A stretch of DNA of 37,671 nucleotides, taken from positions 1 through 37,671 of the IMG/VR virus record IMGVR_UViG_3300020045_005281; one strand, 5' to 3'. This DNA is from a virus. Lineage: Duplodnaviria > Caudoviricetes. Positions 33,714 through 37,671 of this stretch are shown here, piece after piece (within the stretch, counting starts at the first letter, position 1; every line of letters starts with the position of its first letter). A program made the position numbers and the translations under genes. The notes beneath the pieces are model-generated. The model had not been told where the DNA came from, did no database searches, and saw nothing but the letters and a program-made list of their open reading frames with translations.

Positions 33714-34385
33714 ATGACAATTAAGTATCACAATGATTTGATCCAGGGCAGCGACGCTTGGATGGCGCCCCGCTGCGGATTGCTGACTGCTTCCGAAATG
33801 AAACTCATTGTGACGCCTACACTCAAGGCCGCAAGCAACGACAAAGAACGCTCGCACCTGTACGAATTACTAGCTCAGCGCGTCACCAAGCACGTCGAGC
33901 CGTCCTACATCAGCAACGACATGCTGCGCGGCCAGGACGATGAAGTCGAGGCGCGTTTGCTCTATGCCAAACACTATGCGCCAGTGCGAGACATGGGATT
34001 TATCACCAATGACAAATGGGGATTCACGCTAGGTTACTCGCCTGATGGGTTAGTCGGTCTCGGTGGTGCGATTGAGTGCAAGAGCCGCTGCGCCAAGTAC
34101 CAGGCCGAAACGATCATCGAAAACGCGGTGCCGCCTGAGTTTGCGATTCAGTTGCAAACGGCGATTCTCGTTGCCGAACTGGACTGGATAGACTTTGTAA
34201 GCTACTGCGGCGGCATGCCAATGGTAAAAATTCGTGTGCTGCCGAATGCTGAAATACAAGCGGCCATCATCGGCGCCGCCACCGCATTCGAGCAGCGTCT
34301 AGCCGCGAAACTGGAAATTTACCGCGCCAACAGTGCGGGCATGATCCCGACCGAGCGCCGCATATTTGAGGAGATAACCCTGTGA
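33714..34385 (+). CDS. YqaJ / lambda exonuclease-family recombination nuclease
   Basis: QGSDAW..RCG.LTASE, MLRG..DE..AR, GYSPDGLVG, IECKS, QLQ...W.DFVSY. Confidence 0.92.
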   Translation: MTIKYHNDLIQGSDAWMAPRCGLLTASEMKLIVTPTLKAASNDKERSHLYELLAQRVTKHVEPSYISNDMLRGQDDEVEARLLYAKHYAPVRDMGFITNDKWGFTLGYSPDGLVGLGGAIECKSRCAKYQAETIIENAVPPEFAIQLQTAILVAELDWIDFVSYCGGMPMVKIRVLPNAEIQAAIIGAATAFEQRLAAKLEIYRANSAGMIPTERRIFEEITL

Positions 34386-34972
34386 CCGACTTAAGCCTAA
34401 CCGTCGCGCCAAAGTCAGACCAATTAAATGCGGACGACCTAATCGCCGGCCCGCGCGTCATCACCATTACGAAAGTGAACGCGAACCAATCCAGCGCCGA
34501 GCAGCCGATCGCCATCTATTTTGAAGGCGACAACGGCAAGCCATACCTGCCATGCAAGTCGATGCGCCGCGTGCTTATTCATGTTTGGGGCAAAGACGGT
34601 AACAAATTCGCCGGCCGGTCGATGACACTGTATCGGGATGCGAAAGTCGTTTTTGGCGGTCTAGCAGTCGGCGGAATTCGCATTAGCCATATGTCTCACA
34701 TGACGGAAGACATGACGATGGCTCTCACGGCCACGCGAGCGAGCCGCAAGCCATACACCGTCAAGCCGCTGCAGGTCGAACACTCGGCGCCATCGATCGC
34801 CGACTATGAATCATGCGCAACTGTGGCCGAGCTCACAGAATTGGAAACGCGCCGCGCTGCAATGTGGAAATCCGTTCCAAGCGATGCCAAGATCCAACTT
34901 AAGGCGGCGAGCGATGCAGCAAAGGCGCGACTAAATGCGCCGATGGGTGGCATAGCCGAATCGGTAATTTAA
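34382..34972 (+). CDS. Phage protein coupled to the exonuclease (candidate ssDNA-binding/annealing partner)
   Basis: PKSDQLNADDL..GP..ITI, KPY.PCKSMRRVL..WG, GGIRISHMSH; position. Confidence 0.65.
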   Translation: MTDLSLTVAPKSDQLNADDLIAGPRVITITKVNANQSSAEQPIAIYFEGDNGKPYLPCKSMRRVLIHVWGKDGNKFAGRSMTLYRDAKVVFGGLAVGGIRISHMSHMTEDMTMALTATRASRKPYTVKPLQVEHSAPSIADYESCATVAELTELETRRAAMWKSVPSDAKIQLKAASDAAKARLNAPMGGIAESVI

Positions 34973-34999
34973 GCAGAACACTGCGGAGAAGATAGTCAC

Positions 35000-35665
35000 A
35001 TGAAGATCGCAATTTATGAAGCCGATCATGTCGGCAACGGCAATATGCACCGTACCGGCCACAAGAAGCACAGCAGCAATCGCCGCCCTAGTTTCTTGTC
35101 GATGCTCTTGGCAAAAATCGAATCACTGGCGACAGTGATTAAGAGCACCACAGTCACCGCTATCCACAAAGGCAATAGATATCTCACTGGCTACCTCCCG
35201 TCTCAAGTTGTGGTTGTCGAATCTGCTTCTGCGCCCATCCCCGGACATGAGCCCATCGCAGCTCTGCCGCACGCTCGTTCGGAATCAGAACCATCTTTGT
35301 CTGTCGCCCGTAGTCGGGATACCCAGGACGAACCGGCCCGCAGATATCTATCTCGATATACTTTGTTTCGTCTATCCACTCATCGTTCTCGTACATCGTT
35401 TCTTGCGCGAGCTGATGGGCGATATCAAACACCCTGCCAATCGGTTAACGAGGTTCTGCCGTGGATTGAGGAATCGAAGCAGTATGTGCGCGTGTCTGAG
35501 ATTGTGGAAGTAGACATTCGGTTGCTTCCAGAGGATTCGCTTATAGCTGCGAAACTCGAAAGTCTGGATGAAAAAGAGGCCACGCTCCGCAATAGCTTTC
35601 AAGAGAAGCTTAACGCTATCGAATTCGAGCGCGGCAAGTTGCTGGCATTAACCCATAAGGCGTAA
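35000..35665 (+). CDS. Small coiled-coil phage protein apparently interrupted by a 130-codon in-frame insertion
   Basis: GGAG SD; ordered N- and C-terminal parts flank a region that reads like antisense of two other ORFs. Confidence 0.55.
   Translation: MKIAIYEADHVGNGNMHRTGHKKHSSNRRPSFLSMLLAKIESLATVIKSTTVTAIHKGNRYLTGYLPSQVVVVESASAPIPGHEPIAALPHARSESEPSLSVARSRDTQDEPARRYLSRYTLFRLSTHRSRTSFLARADGRYQTPCQSVNEVLPWIEESKQYVRVSEIVEVDIRLLPEDSLIAAKLESLDEKEATLRNSFQEKLNAIEFERGKLLALTHKA
35026..35187 (-). CDS. 53-aa membrane protein inside the insertion (not in ORF track)
   Basis: GGGAGG SD; GTGA overlap; MRYLLPLWIAVTVVLLITVAS...RLLLCFLWP. Confidence 0.5.
   Translation of the reverse strand: MRYLLPLWIAVTVVLLITVASDSIFAKSIDKKLGRRLLLCFLWPVRCILPLPT
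35184..35396 (-). CDS. Hypothetical protein or gene fragment inside the insertion
   Basis: Protein-like sequence ending ETGGSQ, like early-array gene ends; start uncertain. Confidence 0.45.
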   Translation of the reverse strand: MYENDEWIDETKYIEIDICGPVRPGYPDYGRQTKMVLIPNERAAELRWAHVRGWAQKQIRQPQLETGGSQ

Positions 35666-35667
35666 GC

Positions 35668-35970
35668 ATGAAAACCAAAGCACTTACCGATGTAACTGTC
35701 GAATGCGACCCGCCGCATTTCTACGCCTATGGCAAGACCGAAGCGGAGCGCATTGAATCGCGCGCGCGTCAGTTGGATGCATGGGCCGATGAATTTAACG
35801 ACTTCATCCGCGACCATAGATCGCGCGATGATGTAAGCCTGTCAGTTAATCGCGTCTATTCTGATGTGTGCAGCCATTGCATGCGCGAATGGGATGTTAG
35901 CGATGAAGGTGAGCCACAGTGTTGCGACAAGGCGCAGAAAGAATGGGAAGCGGAGAAAGCCAATGCGTGA
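35668..35970 (+). CDS. Hypothetical protein with C-terminal Cys motif
   Basis: CSHC...PQCCDKA. Confidence 0.65.
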   Translation: MKTKALTDVTVECDPPHFYAYGKTEAERIESRARQLDAWADEFNDFIRDHRSRDDVSLSVNRVYSDVCSHCMREWDVSDEGEPQCCDKAQKEWEAEKANA

Positions 35971-36265
35971 CTCTCTCCCCTCTGAGATGCAGTTCAAGTG
36001 CGGTCAGTTGATGGGACGCCTAGCAAATGGCTTTGAGTCCGATCAGGGCAAGCGCATACATGCGGTGCCCAGTACTTGCGGTCATTACGACTCTACTGCA
36101 ATAGCTCTATGTGGCGCGAACCCTGGTCGTCGATCTGGCGGTTGGGACGTTGATAACGTAGCTAATAGGCTCGTTACTTGCCCGCGCTGCATGCAAAAGA
36201 TGGAGAAGCGATTCATGTCAAAACTAAAGCGGATTCTGTCCGAGGGTAGCAATCATGTCGCATGA
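35963..36265 (+). CDS. Zinc-binding hypothetical protein
   Basis: H...ALCG.NPGRRS.GW...VTCPRC; GGAG SD before MRDSL. Confidence 0.6.
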   Translation: MRDSLPSEMQFKCGQLMGRLANGFESDQGKRIHAVPSTCGHYDSTAIALCGANPGRRSGGWDVDNVANRLVTCPRCMQKMEKRFMSKLKRILSEGSNHVA

Positions 36266-36467
36266 CTCTTTGACTTCAGAGAAGCAGCTCAAAAAGAAGT
36301 CAAAAAAGAAGCTTGAAAAGGGTTTCGACTTTGAGGCGTTCTACAAATTCAACGCAGATAGAAAGAAGGAGACCGAGCGCCTCGGGGTTTATCCAGATTG
36401 CAAATGTGTCGGCGCTTGCAAAGGGCCGATATTCGGCAGCCGATGCAAAAAATGCGAGATGTGGTGA
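36255..36467 (+). CDS. Lys/Cys-rich hypothetical protein
   Basis: GAGG SD. Confidence 0.5.
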   Translation: MSHDSLTSEKQLKKKSKKKLEKGFDFEAFYKFNADRKKETERLGVYPDCKCVGACKGPIFGSRCKKCEMW

Positions 36468-36470
36468 TGT

Positions 36471-37121
36471 ATGACAACTAAGCAAAAGCTCAAGCCTGTG
36501 GCGCTCGATCTATTTTGCGGTGCCGGTGGTGCGACCAAGGGGTTGCAGCGCGCGGGGTTCCATGTTGTCGGTATCGATCTATACCCGCAGCCAAACTATT
36601 GCGGCGATCAGTTCATCCAGTGCGACGCCATGACGGCTAAGTTTCAATTCCTGTCCGTGTTCGATTTCATCTGGGCAAGCCCTCCTTGCCAGCGTTACAC
36701 CAACGCGCAGCGTATCCGCTCGAATGAGCACCCCGACTACGTGCCAAGGATTCGCGAGATGCTTCTCGAATCGGGCGTACCGTTCGCTATCGAGAATGTA
36801 GTCGGAGCACCGCTAATCTATCCGATTACGCTGTGCGGTTCGATGTTTGGGTTGCGCACTTATCGGCATCGACTTATTGAAACATCTTTTGGCATCGCAC
36901 AGCCTGCCCATCCTGCGCACACGGCCCGCCAAGCAAAGATGGGTCGCCCTGCAAAGGCAGATGAATTCATCCAAGTTGTAGGGAACTTCTCTGGTGCATC
37001 TGTGGCGCGTGAAGCGATGGACATCGAATGGATGACTCGCGATGAACTGCGCGAATCGATTCCGCCCGCCTACTCTGAATATGTAGCGAAAGCATTTTTG
37101 GCGCGGAGGATTGCGGCATGA
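36471..37121 (+). CDS. Compact DNA cytosine-5 methyltransferase
   Basis: Motif I DLFCGAGG, motif IV SPPCQ, motif VI ENV, motif VIII RHR. Confidence 0.9.
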   Translation: MTTKQKLKPVALDLFCGAGGATKGLQRAGFHVVGIDLYPQPNYCGDQFIQCDAMTAKFQFLSVFDFIWASPPCQRYTNAQRIRSNEHPDYVPRIREMLLESGVPFAIENVVGAPLIYPITLCGSMFGLRTYRHRLIETSFGIAQPAHPAHTARQAKMGRPAKADEFIQVVGNFSGASVAREAMDIEWMTRDELRESIPPAYSEYVAKAFLARRIAA

Positions 37122-37348
37122 GCGATTCCCGTGACTTTAGTCGAGGTAAGTGCTGCGAAACCTGCGCGCATTGGGACACGGCTGCGCCGCATCCAGACGC
37201 CTTTGCCCCATGCGCTGCGCCAATGTCAGAGGCTCTGATCGGATGGTTCAAGAGCGAAGGCATAAACATAAAGACGCCAGCACTCATGAAGCGATTCGAC
37301 GCTGGCAGCGAATGCAAAGTCTATAGACACGCGAGGGCACTGAAATGA
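37118..37348 (+). CDS. Cys-rich hypothetical protein
   Basis: GGAGG SD; CETCAHW...C...C. Confidence 0.6.
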   Translation: MSDSRDFSRGKCCETCAHWDTAAPHPDAFAPCAAPMSEALIGWFKSEGINIKTPALMKRFDAGSECKVYRHARALK

Positions 37349-37542
37349 CATCTGACAATCTCTCTCCCGAAGAAGTCACAAGCAGCTACTTTATGGTTGA
37401 GCCGTCTATGCGCCTGCGATTCGTTCAGCGCCTTGGGTTCCGCATATTGCAGCAAGCATGGATTAGCGTTGAGTACGTCCGTGGGCAGGCAGTCGGCAAC
37501 AGCATCGAATGGCGCGACGTGCCAGAAGTGAGGGAAACATGA
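37345..37542 (+). CDS. Hypothetical protein
   Basis: LRFV...ILQQAW...EWRDVP; coupled on both sides. Confidence 0.65.
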   Translation: MTSDNLSPEEVTSSYFMVEPSMRLRFVQRLGFRILQQAWISVEYVRGQAVGNSIEWRDVPEVRET

Positions 37543-37550
37543 GCAACGAC

Positions 37551-37671
37551 CTCTCCCCCGAAGTGCTGTTCCCTTGTCCGCATTGCGGAAGCGAGAAGCT
37601 TACAGGACCGCTACTGAATGACTCGTCTGATCATAGGAAGTATTGGGACGTGTGGATTTCTTGTGATGCCT
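37551..37671. repeat. Terminal direct repeat, copy 2
   Basis: Identical to 1-121. Confidence 0.97.

Noticed and set aside
35024-35416. Translational bypass or self-splicing intron/intein explanation for the insertion
   Set aside because: Matching GAT codons flank it, but there is no stop after the take-off codon, no group I/II core and no intein terminal motifs.

Overview
A complete, circularly assembled dsDNA phage genome of about 37,550 bp: bases 1-121 repeat exactly at 37551-37671. The virion genes are P22-like (podovirus): terminase, portal, scaffold, coat, gp4/gp10-like tail hub and three ejection proteins. The minus strand (about 4.8-31.6 kb) carries replication, packaging, structural and lysis genes. 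The plus strand (31.8 kb through the junction to 4.9 kb) carries early and accessory genes, including a YqaJ-like exonuclease, a C5 DNA methyltransferase, Lar-like, ASCH, HTH and VRR-NUC genes. No integrase, ParA, tRNA or CRISPR array was recognised. Highlights: (1) three glycosyltransferase domains and two methyltransferase domains translationally coupled into the head operon, a candidate virion glycosylation system; (2) an early accessory array with repeated gene-junction and intra-gene linker motifs suggesting module shuffling; (3) a 390-bp in-frame insertion carrying two antisense ORFs; (4) a DnaA-box cluster next to a replication protein whose TOPRIM domain looks inactivated; (5) a GNAT-like domain on an ejection protein. 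All product calls come from motif recognition by eye, not database searches.
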